From the NCBI GenBank assembly GCA_002269645.1, contig NIVC01000228.1:1-64000 (forward strand): 64,000 nt of DNA, read 5' to 3'. The DNA comes from Macrostomum lignano (taxonomy: Eukaryota). The number at the start of each line of letters is the position of its first letter. Position 1 is the stretch's first letter. Below are positions 1 through 10,986 of this stretch, piece by piece. Below the pieces are notes generated by a model, which was not told where the DNA came from, did no database searches, and saw nothing but the letters and a program-made list of their open reading frames with translations. The position numbers were made by a program, and so were the translations under genes.

Positions 1-1147
1 ATATATGTTATCTATCCTAGTGTCTATCTTAGTGTCTGTCCCAATGTCTTTCTTAGTGTCTGTCTTACTCCACTTCTCTCCGTTATCTCTCCTCTGCTCT
101 CTCTCCCATCTTCTTTCCTCTCTTAGTACTCTCATGGCTGTTTCATGCTTTGATCATGTCTTCTTTCTTGCCAATTTGCAGTCCTGAAAGAATTTGTGTA
201 TTTCCATCTCCACTGCAGTCTGCAGCAGTCTAACAACAAAGGAAATACGCAATTCTTAGGAGGAAATTTAAAATTCAAAGTACTCTAAGAGAAACCTAAA
301 ATTTCCATGGTGTGACTAATTTAGTAGGGTTGTATTGCATTGCATCGCCTTTTCATAAATCTTTCGCTTTTACAAACCATGCTGAATTCCCTCGATTTGC
401 CATCCACTGTTAAACTGCTGCAGAGTTTGCCAATACAGAGGACAGTGGTTAGAATTTCTCACTAAACTGTCATGGCTAAACGTAGCCTTTCCACGCGCGG
501 GGGTACACAGAAGGCTATTAAAAAGTTATTCTAAAACACTGTACATTTGCTATGTACATTCAGCCCTATCGCCTGACCCTTCGTCTGGGCTGGGGGAATG
601 AGTGAGTGAGTGGCAAAAACAACAGAAAAAGCAGACAAACTTCATATGCTTACAGTTTCTTTTTCGGTTGAGTTACAGAGTTGAAACTTCCTATTTCAAC
701 TTGAAATTAAAACTTAAATATTGAAACTAATCAATCAGCAGCCCTAAGAGGAATTTGTGTATCTCCAGCTCCATCACAGTCTGCGGCAGTGTAACAACCA
801 AGGAAATATGCATTTTTAGGAGGCCATTTACATTTTAAAAATTACCTTATGCGAATCTTAATGTTAAAATCTTCATGGCGTAACTAATTTAGTAGGATTA
901 CATAATCATCCACTTTTCTCTTTCCCACCGTTTCTAGTGCTCCCAAAGCACACAAATTTTTCCTATACACAAGCAATATACTGAACACAGACCTTTAAAT
1001 CCAGGAGGTTCACCCTGAGTATCTGAGTGACCTGCGAGACAACTAGGAAGAGTAGGCTACTAAAATTAGTATGAGGAGGACATGTGCACTATGGTTTCTA
1101 GACATACACTAGCACCATGTTTTAAGTGACGCAATTCATCATTATGG

Positions 1148-2067
1148 TTTCAAGATGGTGCGAAAAATGGTTTTTTTCACTCAACTCTGGTTTCTTTTCC
1201 AGATGGATCAGGATCAAGCGCCACCGCCGCCGGCGCCACCACCGCCGGCGCCACCGCCACCACCACCGGCGCCACCGCCACCACCGCCGCCGCTGCCTCA
1301 GCGCCGCCGCATTCGGCGCCGAATCCGGCGCCTCCGCAGCAGCGGCCTGCGGCTATAAAAACTTGTGTATCTCCAAATGTGTGCGCAAAACTGTCAAGTG
1401 TCAAATTGCGCATTGCGCTGGGTGGGCTGGGCTATCTGATTGTGGGGAAAGTTTTCGGAATTTTTTAACATTTTTAAACAGATGTCCCTAAGGAATAAAG
1501 AATAATACCAATTCACAAAAAATCACTATTTCACTATTTCAGACAGACAGGCTAGCAGGCAGACGGATGGACAGACAGACAGACAGGCCGAGAGACAGGC
1601 AGACATACAGAAGGACAGACAGACATACAGAAGGACAGACAGGCAGACAGACCGATACAGACAGACATACAGAAGGACAGACAGACTGACAGGCAGGCGA
1701 ACCGATACAGACATACATACAGACACACAGAAGGACAGACAGAGACAATTCCGAGAACTTTCCCTACAATCAGATATGAACCCTCGGGGCGAAATGGTTT
1801 GAAGTGCGTAGATTTGTTTTGTTTGTTGTTTTGTTTTGCTTTAAATAAAATGGTTCGCCCCGAGGGTTCTTACCCAGCCCCCTTTTTGGATTAAAAATCT
1901 TTGCCTTCAATTTCTTCCTTATTTATTGATCATACCATAGTATAAGCTTGGCAAGTTGTAATCAGTAAAAAAGCATTGCACACTGTTACGATTTACATTA
2001 AAAAAATATTACTTAGGACTGCTGTTCAATGCAACCAATTAAGTTCAATTCCAGCCCCCAGCAGCCT
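1148..2067. repeat. Copy A of a ~0.8-0.9 kb direct repeat (GC-rich CCG tract + GACA microsatellite + AT-rich tail)
   Basis: Colinear with 4170-4946 from TTTCAAGATGGTGCGAAAAATGG to CCCCAGCAGCCT; copies differ mainly in low-complexity tract length. Confidence 0.9.
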
Positions 2068-2296
2068 TGGTTTGGCCACTCGGCTACGTTCTGATACTTG
2101 GCGGCACTGCATCCTACCATCCTACGAGTTATTGCATCCTACTACAACAGATAAGTACATTCCATCCACAATTGACTCGTTCGTCTTAAGCAAATACCCT
2201 CCAGAATCCACCCTGGGTCTTTACCCTCCAGAATCTTCAGCAATATGTAACGAAGACAAAACTAACCAGTTAAAAACATTTTGCACTCTCACTCAG

Positions 2297-2456
2297 ATTC
2301 TGCCCGATCGCTACGAGGGCTTCGAGCGCGCTCTGCCGTTGCCGGAGCTCTGGGCTGCCGGCTTTTTAATCTAGCCGGACCTGGGGCCCAGGATATTCAA
2401 CGCCTATGGCCTGGCCGCTGCGATGCCATAGGGGCACCACAAATCTGCACCTGGAT
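2297..2456 (+). pseudogene. Orphan, frameshifted exon of a KDM3/JMJD1-type JmjC histone demethylase
   Basis: After acceptor CTCTCACTCAG the frames read ILPDRYEGFERALPLPE / FNLA / PDLGPRIFNAYG / GTTNLHLD, matching the remembered KDM3 JmjC motifs (RFEDLM..LPLPEY, LNLA, PDLGPKMYNAYG, GTTNLHLD); deletions and a stop break the frame. Confidence 0.75.
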
Positions 2457-3153
2457 ACCTGGATACTTTTGTCACCATAGCAAAACGAGTTGAAAGTGAG
2501 AAGCATATGAATGCTTATTTAAAACCAGTTTAATTATTGGTTTAGTAACTTTAGTTCAGTGAAAACAGAATTAACTGACTAACATTGACAATTTTAATAT
2601 CTTCGCTATAGCTACCATAAAGCTCTCTAGTCATGCTACGCTATAAATTTACACTGAATGTTGACTGTTTACATACGTTACCAATTAATGAGCAATTAAC
2701 TGATATCCACAGTCACTTATTACTCTGTATCCATGACAATACCTGTAAACTATTTTTTACTACTTAAATCCATCACAATAGTAATCAATATTTTATTGCC
2801 TAATAACTGAGATATCTTTTAATTCCATAATGTCAAATCCTATTTTACAATTCAATACATATCAGTTTTCAAATATCAATTCTCTACTTTTATTCGATCT
2901 ATTTTGTACTGTACTTCGATTTATTTATATTGATGTACTGCTTTATTACTCGCACACCATTATATACAAACTGTAACCAATACTGTAAAAATATTTGAAA
3001 TACAATAATACATAGTGGCGTAAGAGCCGGCCAAGCTGAAGCGCCGGGCATCCTATATATCCTAAAAATGAGTTGTCTGTATCTTATTTAATAAAAATGA
3101 GTTGCCTGTCGGTATTCTTTTCTAAGGCCCAAATACCAGTGCTTACTTTTAGT

Positions 3154-3265
3154 GCTAAAATGAGTGCCTGTGGAGCTAAAAGGAGTGCCTGCGGCGCTAA
3201 AATGAGTGCCTGTGGTGCTAAAATGAGTTCCTGCGGTGCTAAAATGAGTGCCTGCGGCGCTAAAA
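3154..3265. repeat. 21-bp minisatellite (GCTAAAATGAGTGCCTGCGGC), ~5 copies
   Basis: Direct inspection. Confidence 0.9.
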
Positions 3266-4169
3266 CTGATTTTGTTGCATTCGGGAATACAACAAATGGC
3301 ATACTGAAAACATTAAAAAACCTTGCTGCAGTCACTTACATGTACTTACCTAACGATTGCTGTAGTAACTGTATACCACCTGTATACTGGGACAGAAGTT
3401 CAGAACATACCGGATTGGGGAATTAGAGATATGCGCAGTCTAGATGTATCTACAATTTGTAAAACCTTGCTACGTACTTGTACTTCAGGAATACTAACTT
3501 ACTCATTCCTTGCCGCCGTTATTTAGACTAGCATGCCTTTGCAATAAACAACACAGTCTAGACGGACTTCAGAAAGTGCATAAATACTTAAATTGGTTTT
3601 CCGTTAAACTTGCTGCCTGTATAGTTCTTGGCTTGCCAACCTGCTAATTAAAAACTAATTGGCAAAGTTATATACGTTCAGAATCGTGTTTTATGCGCAT
3701 AGCGCAAACTGTCTAAGAAGAATAATTTATTCTTTTTTCTCTTTAGACTGTTATTTTTGGCTGCTAAGAAATTATTTTACCTCGCGTACTTCAGCCGCAC
3801 TACTAAGTAGTGCAAAAAGGATATGAAAGGTAGAATCGTGTTTTATGCGCATAGCGAATGACTTTGCGACTGTCAATACACATTACTGGACTGGTCACCA
3901 GAGGAAATTTGCTATAGCAAATTAATCTATGCAACAAACACACTGCGCGAGAACACACTGCCCTTCCATGGGGGCGCTGTATTTGGGAGTGCTGTCTTTG
4001 GGTGGCGCTTGATCTCGCCACACTGATCCATTGGCACTGGAGTTATCGCAGCAACTCTTAACAAAAGAACTCAGGTTGAAAGAGATCTTCCAGAGTGGAT
4101 CGCGAATCAGATATATTTGCTACTTTTCCTCTGCAGTGCTTGAGGGAGGGAATACCCGAAAGCAACAGT

Positions 4170-4946
4170 TTTCAAGATGGTGCGAAAAATGGTCCTTTTC
4201 ACTCAACTCTGGTTTCTTTTCCAGATGGATCAAGCGCCCCCGTCACCGCCGCCGCCGCCGCCGACACCAGCGGCCTGCGGCTGTGACAAATTGCGCTGGG
4301 TGGGCGCCTCCGCAGCAGCGGCCTGCGGCTGTGACAAATTGCGCTGGGTGGGCTGGGCTATCTGATTGTGGGGAAAGTTTTCGGAATTTTTTAACATTTT
4401 TAAACAGATGTCCCTAAGGTAAGAATAATACCAATTCACAAAAAATCACTATTTCACTATTTCAGACAGACAGGCTAGCAGGCAGACGGATGGACAGACA
4501 GACAGACAGGCCGAGAGACAGGCAGACATACAGAAGGACAGACAGGCAGACAGACCGATACAGACAGACATACAGAAGGACAGACAGACTGACAGGCAGG
4601 CAGACCGATACAGACATACATACAGACATACAGAAGGACAGACAATTCCGAGAACTTTCCCTACAATCAGATATGAACCCTCGGGGCGAAATGGTTTGCT
4701 GTGAATTATATTTTTTGTTGTAAATAAAATGGTTCGCCTTAAGGGTTCTGCCCAGCCCACTTTTTAAATTGAAAATCTTGGCTTTAATTTCTTCCTTATT
4801 TATTGATCATACCATAGTATAAGCTTGGCAGGTTGTAATCAGTAAAAAAGCATTGCACACTGTTCCGATTTACATTTAAAAAAATATTACTTAGGACTGC
4901 TGTTCAATGCAACCAATTAAGTTTAATTCCAGCACCCCAGCAGCCT
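4170..4946. repeat. Copy B of the direct repeat at 1148-2067
   Basis: Direct sequence comparison. Confidence 0.9.
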
Positions 4947-7900
4947 GGCTTATTATAGCGTATTCATTCATATAAATACAATCCGTAAAGATTTAAACTG
5001 AATATATTTTAACTTTTATACATGGAACTAAAGGAAGTCAAGTCGATGTGTGAATTTACTCTCTTAGTCGACAGCTATGCCCCAGTCATTTGTTTAAAGT
5101 CGTAAAACAAGTAACTATAGAACTTTGTGTTCGATCGTGGGTCTAATGCAAAGTGAAAGGACATTCAGTCACCTATTATAGCAATAAAATTGTCTGGGCA
5201 AGCATACGTATTGGGGTGGGTGTTTAAATTTCGGACTAATTTGGGGGTTTCGGCCCAAAACCAACCCCCCCCCAATCTTTGGTCTTTTCTCCGCCACGGC
5301 GTATCACATTTTATTCTAGTATTATACATGTACTTAATAGAGCTATAAAGTTAATAGCCGAAATCCCACCTTAAGCAAATGACTATCGTCTCTACTCTCC
5401 TCTCCTCTCCCCTCTCCTCACCGCTCTCTTCTCCTTTTTCCTCTCTATTCTCTTCTCCCTTCCCTCCTCTCTCCTTTCCTCTCCTCTCTTATTCCGTCTC
5501 TCCTCTCGTCATCCATCTCTCTTCTTCTCTCTTATTCTTTATTCCTTCGCCTCTCCTACGCTCGTAGTTCTCCTCTCTATTCCCTATCCTCTCTCTTCGG
5601 TCTTCGGTCTGCAGTTGGCAGAGATCGCGGCCAGCTGGCTGTCCGAGCAAGACATTGCTTTGAATGCGGTCTAGCGAGGCCTCAGCAGCTCTAAACGCCC
5701 CTGCTGGCCGAAAAGGCAAGGCCTGTGCAGAGTCGAAGGTCATCCTCTTTGCCTGGTTTCGGCCTTATGCCCTACAGCGATAGTGATGATGACCCTGACA
5801 ACACGCAGTTTGACGTTTTGGGAGTATTAGAGGACGTCCAATTTTCGGATGTACCTCAGCCGCCCCCGCCCCTTGCAACGTCTGCAGCAGCATCAGCCAA
5901 TGTGCCGAACCCGCCAGCGCCACCTCCGACAGCGGCTGCAGCAGCACTAGCTGCTGGTAGGACTCGGCCACAGTTTGAATTATGACCCGACCCTGAGCAA
6001 ATTAGCTGCGAGGAACTCGCTTTCATTCAGGAAAGCTTTCCTGTCAAAGAAAAGGGCCGCAAGATGACTGCGACGGCTGACACAACGTTTGGTTTGCTTC
6101 TGCCTTAATGCCTGTACTTGTATTCGCCTCAGCCTCGCGCCTGATGAGTGCTCAACCGGGCTGGCAGAGCGCACAAAGGCTCATCATACGCTGGCAGCCG
6201 CAGCAGCCCTTCATCCGTTCCGCTTGTTACCGGTGGCCATGGTACCGTTGGCAGCGGGGCGCTATGTACCGATATATTATACTTGGTGCCCCCTGCCATA
6301 ATCTGTAGAACTTTTGTCACTAGTTTTTACAGATCCTATATACTAAAAATTATATATCTAAATCCGGGTCTGACAATGTCTGTAACAATAAAATTTGTTT
6401 TTTTATGTATGCACTTAATGCATTGATGACATGCTAAGCTAAATATTTAGTTGCTAAGCAATAGCTGAAGTTAGATTTAGTCAAAATGTAGAACTAAATA
6501 AAATAGTAATAAAATATTCTGTTAAAAGAAGACAGCAGCGCGCAATCCTGGAATTAAACGACTTCGAATGAAAAGAAACTAACCCTATCTTCTTCAAACA
6601 TTGAAAATTGAAATATCTGTAATTGGCTAATACATTTCGCATTTGCATTGCAGAATCAACATTTTCATTTTATTGTTTGTATTATTGATATCTGCTTCAT
6701 TTTCTTTTGCATATATTATTTCTCAAGTTTGTCATTCCTCAAGTATCGCCTATTTTATTTGTAGTCTGTAGCTGTTGCCTATTTATAATATTTAAGGAAT
6801 TTTATTGCTACCGATATAGTCTAAATTTTTCTTTAACTCTTGCCTTGTTGCCTTGTTTTGTTTCAAAACAGAAAAGCAAAAGTTGTTCAGGTTTAAATCT
6901 TATTTACTTCATAACACTTTACTACTTCATAAAACTTTAAACAATTATTAAGGAGTATGCCGCCGAAAAGACCTGGAAGGAAGGCTAGGCGCGTTACCTT
7001 CGGGCGTCCATTCGAGTCTAAAAAGAAGCCCGCCGCCGCTATTGATTGCAAGACAGGCAAACCTTCTGCTGCTGCTGCTCCTGAGGCCGAAACAAACACT
7101 CCTGCTGTCGCTACTGTTGCGTCGGAAGTTACGAGTTTCATGGTTGCTGCTGCTGCTGATGCATCTCTCTTAAAGGAGATGCGACTGTGGACTGCGAATT
7201 GCGCAATGCTGCTGCTGCCTTAGGGGAGTGTGAATTCTGGAACGACACTCGTGGTAAGTGTTACTTCTTGCAATTGCCAATTTTACGGACAAATAGGTTG
7301 TAAAGGAACTAATTTAATTGTACGCCAATTGTACGAATAGTTGGATTCATAAAACTTTATTTTATTTCATAAGATTTCATAACATAACATGGATTCATAA
7401 CATGGATGATAAAGTTTAGAACGCTATTGCAATCCATATGCTTGAATTATAAGCTAATAACTTAGTATACTCGCCGTAATGTGCTTTAGAGTGCCAAATT
7501 CTTGTTGTCGTGTCTACTACGGATGAACTAACAAGACAACAAGCTGAATTGGACTAAGCTGCTGCACTTAAAGCAGGTTTTTGCCACACTGACGGTAAGC
7601 CATGCCTTAGTTTACTGTCTATTATGGGTGTAAAGCTTTTTAAATCAAGATTAAAGCTGATATTAGAATCTACAAGTGACACAACTGTTATTCAAGAATT
7701 TCTGGGATGTTTGGCCATATCTTAGATTTCTCAATAGAAACATTCCACAACTGTTACTTTGTATTTCGTCAATGCAGTATTGTGATGTCCTTTATTTGGT
7801 TCGACTGACGTTTTTTACAGTCTAGGTTCAAGACTTAGGGGAGGAGCAATCTTGAAAGGTCATGGTTCGAGCAAGGAATATTCTTTCACCAATATTTAAA

Positions 7901-8195
7901 GCGCCATTTTTAAACCAATCTCGTTGGAGGACTTTTTGCTGGTTGGGTGGGTTTTTTTATGGAAAATTAAGATTAGTAGTTTCAGTTTTGAAAGTGAGGT
8001 TTTCGGTAGTCACTTAAGTCACTGCAGATATAAGTTTTTTGAGGGTTGTAAAGCACTAGCACTATAGTGCTGTAAAGGCAGACCAAGGCAAGCTGATCCA
8101 ATTCTTGAATACAAAAAGTATATGTATTTTAACCTTTAAAGGTAAATGACACAGAGGACCGAGCGACGGTCCAAGTTGGCCGTGCCCCACAATGG

Positions 8196-8340
8196 GTGCC
8201 TTTGTCTGCCTGCTGGTTGAAGCGTATCCCAGGTGATGGAAACTGCTTCTTTTCGGCTATGGCGGATCAATTGCAAGGCACAGCTTCGGAAATGAACTCA
8301 GACAGTCTTCGACAAGCGCTGGCAATTCAGCTGGATTTTG
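8196..8340 (+). pseudogene. OTU-family cysteine protease domain fragment, probably transposon-borne
   Basis: LKRIPGDGNCFFSAMADQLQG...SLRQALA matches the OTU catalytic-Cys motif (GDGNCxF); no His-box exon identified. Confidence 0.65.
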
Positions 8341-8859
8341 CTAAACCCCCATGGACCGCTAGGTCCGCCGCAGAACATTCCGCAGGGCATGAAATATGCT
8401 CGGAATCATGCCGTAGGTTGCATGTTTTATAAACTTATAAAATTTGTTTTTGGAGTCTGTAGAATCGCATAGATATATAGCTTAAAAACTACTAAAATTA
8501 GTTATTTAATGATATGGGAAAAATTAAAAATACTGGAAGAAAGTTGAGACTTTAGGCTTCAAAACAGTGTTGAACCCCGGCGAATCTGGGGCAAGAATCG
8601 TCTGATTCTGGGGATATTCTGGGAAGAGGTTTTGGGAAGAGATTCTAGGATGAGATTCTGGGTGACTCTTGGTGAGATTCTGGGCAGAATCGTGAGATTC
8701 TGGGCAGAATCGTGAGATTATGGGGATAAGAATCGTGACTCGGGTAGTTTTAAATAAATGCTCCATTCTTTTATCTGCTTTACACCGTTGTAGGTTCTGT
8801 ACTACATCGCCGGACTTCAATATAGCCATGGACTTTTTGTCGTTTAAAGGCGTTTAAAG

Positions 8860-9300
8860 CGGCTGTGCAGGCAGCTCTGACGCCGGTCCTTTTTGGGCGG
8901 CCGCGCTGGCAGCTCGCGATCGACGCCGCCACCGCCGTCATCGACGCAGTCATTGGCGGCGACGTTGCTGGCGGCGGCGGCGGCGGCGGCGGCGCGAATG
9001 AAGACGACGGCGGCAATGGCGACAGCAGCAGCAGCAGCAGCAGTGACAGCAGCAGCAGCAGCAGCAGTGACAGCAGCAGCGACAGCGCCACGCCGCTACC
9101 CCCGCTGCCACGCCGCTAGGGTCGCCAGCCGCCACGCCAGCAGCAGCCGCACCAGCAGCAGCCGCACCAGCAGCAGCGCCACCGCGGTCCGCGGTCAGCG
9201 CCCCCGTGGGCACTGGTGCCGCCGCCGCGGACACTGGCGCCGCCAGCAGCAGCCGCAGCCGCAGCACTGTTCGCCAACTGCGCCCGCGGCAGACCCGGGT
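8860..9300. repeat. GC-rich low-complexity (GGC/CAG/CCG) tract
   Basis: Trinucleotide runs produce overlapping poly-Ala/Gly/Ser/Pro ORFs on both strands; no domain recognised. Confidence 0.7.
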
Positions 9301-9389
9301 TACATACGGGCTGCGCCGGAAATGAGGACGAGAAGCATATAGAGAATTCCCTATATATAATTCCCTATATAAGCATATAGAGAAGCATG

Positions 9390-9870
9390 AGAAGAGAAGC
9401 ATACCGCAATGTTTCATGCACGACTTAGACTTGATTTTAATAGAGATATATGAGAAATTAGCTTAGCCGCTGTCCACCGTGCCTGCAGGTGGCAGGTTTC
9501 AGGTGGCAGTGCTCGGAGATAAGTGCACCTCGGTCACGAGAGGAGCCCCTCCGAGACTCCAGGGACAAATCCTGGAGTGCTTTTTTGAGTAGTGCAGAAT
9601 TAATACAACAAAATTAAGCCACTGATCAATCAAGTCCAGTCGTGCATGAAACATTGCGGTATTCTTCTATTCCAAGATCATCTTACCTCAGCTCAGTTCC
9701 TGGCCTACCAGTCTCCCAGATCCTCTGTTTCTGGGGCCACCAGCCTCCCAGATCCTCAGATCCTGATTGACTCTCACGGGGCTATAGAAGAATAAGAGAA
9801 GCATACCCAATGTTTCATGCACGACTTAGACTTGATTTTTATAGAGATATATGAGAAATTAGCATAGCCA
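9390..9870. repeat. Three copies (+,-,+) of a ~75-bp dispersed repeat (GCAATGTTTCATGCACGACTTAGACTTGATT); fourth copy at ~63900-63975
   Basis: Copies at ~9390-9468 (+), ~9588-9672 (-), ~9795-9870 (+), ~63900-63975 (-). Confidence 0.75.
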
Positions 9871-10539
9871 TTTCCTTTGATTTTGCTTAGGACATACGCA
9901 AGGACAAGTGAAGACTTGCTGGTGCTCTGCACAGTGCACTTTTTCCCGCATGGACAAAGCCGCTAACGCAAATGTTTTTAACTGCGTCTACCTCGACACC
10001 AAGCATGCTATTTGCTGTATAGCCTCAGCGGATTCCGAGGCCAAGATTGAAGAGGTGACTTATGTGTCTGCCTATTGGCAGCTTGTGATGGCAGCGGCAA
10101 AATTTCTGCAACTTGCTGACCTCGACCTTAAGTGTCTACTAAAAGTACGTTGCTTTGTACATTAAGACCATCTAGCACGTGATGCTATCCAGTGAAGGTT
10201 GAGGTGGCTGGCTGAACCCTGTCATTGAAGGGCCAATCGAAAGAGTTGCCCTGGCTCCACTGCACAGTCCCGCCGACATGGCTTTTCGGCTAACCTGCAC
10301 AACTACCAATGGTCAGGTTGAGTGTACTGTTGATAAAGCTTTTATCTACCACGCATTATATTTAACTCTGTGCATTTATCAGCGGGCTGGTCAGCAAACC
10401 TGCACTCTGTTGGACTTTGCGCTCAACCATGATGGGACTGGTAATCCACTTTACCTTAAATGCATTAAGCGGCTATCCTTCAGTTTTGTTCCTTTAATTA
10501 TTTTTGGAGTCTTATATTATTTTTTACCCCTTTTTCAGC

Positions 10540-10914
10540 ATGGCAGGTCGCCCATCTGCTCCGACGACGATTGTCCCACTGGCTGAGGTCAGGCTAACGA
10601 CTGACCTATGCAATCTTCCGTTCATGAAGATGCGTGACCTCACTATCCTGACTGCTGACACACAATCTGTGATGCGCTGGCTGGCGAAGTACCGGCTGCT
10701 GCCCAACAAGCGCCAGAGCCACAATGACAACTGCCCTACGACACCCCAAATACGGCTTCAACGTCGTCAAGGTGATCGTTACATTGATGGCTGGGCCTAA
10801 GCCTGCAAGGACTGCCGCACTCAGGAGTCTATCAGGAAGGGCTCGTTCTTTGAGCGTAGCCACCTGCAGCTAACCTTACTGATGGACTTCCTGTACTGGG
10901 TGAGCCACTACTAG
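10540..10914 (+). mobile_element. Merlin/ISXO2 (IS1595-like) transposase N-terminal remnant
   Basis: ...VMRWLAKYRLLPN...DGWA*ACKDCRTQESIRKGSFFERSHLQLTLLMDFLYW resembles the Merlin N-terminal Zn-ribbon/HTH (DG.xW.C..C...SIR.GS.FE.S.L.L...Y.W); in-frame stop where Trp is expected. Confidence 0.7.
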
Positions 10915-10970
10915 CCTGCCTGAACACTCTTCGCGGCTAGTGTACAGTAATTGTACCTGAACGATAAAAC

Positions 10971-10986
10971 GGCCCTTTTCAGGGCC
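10971..10986 (+). other. Histone-mRNA-type 3' stem-loop (AAAC GGCCCT TTTC AGGGCC GCCA)
   Basis: 6-bp stem/4-nt loop with 5' AAAC flank matches the metazoan replication-dependent histone stem-loop consensus. Confidence 0.7.

Noticed and set aside
1126-1748. Pro-rich, Arg/His-rich and (SVCL)n ORFs
   Set aside because: Translations of CCG and GACA low-complexity tracts; the duplicate copy at 4170-4946 does not preserve them
1148-4946. LTR retrotransposon interpretation of the direct repeats
   Set aside because: No TG...CA ends, PBS, PPT or gag/pol remnants recognised
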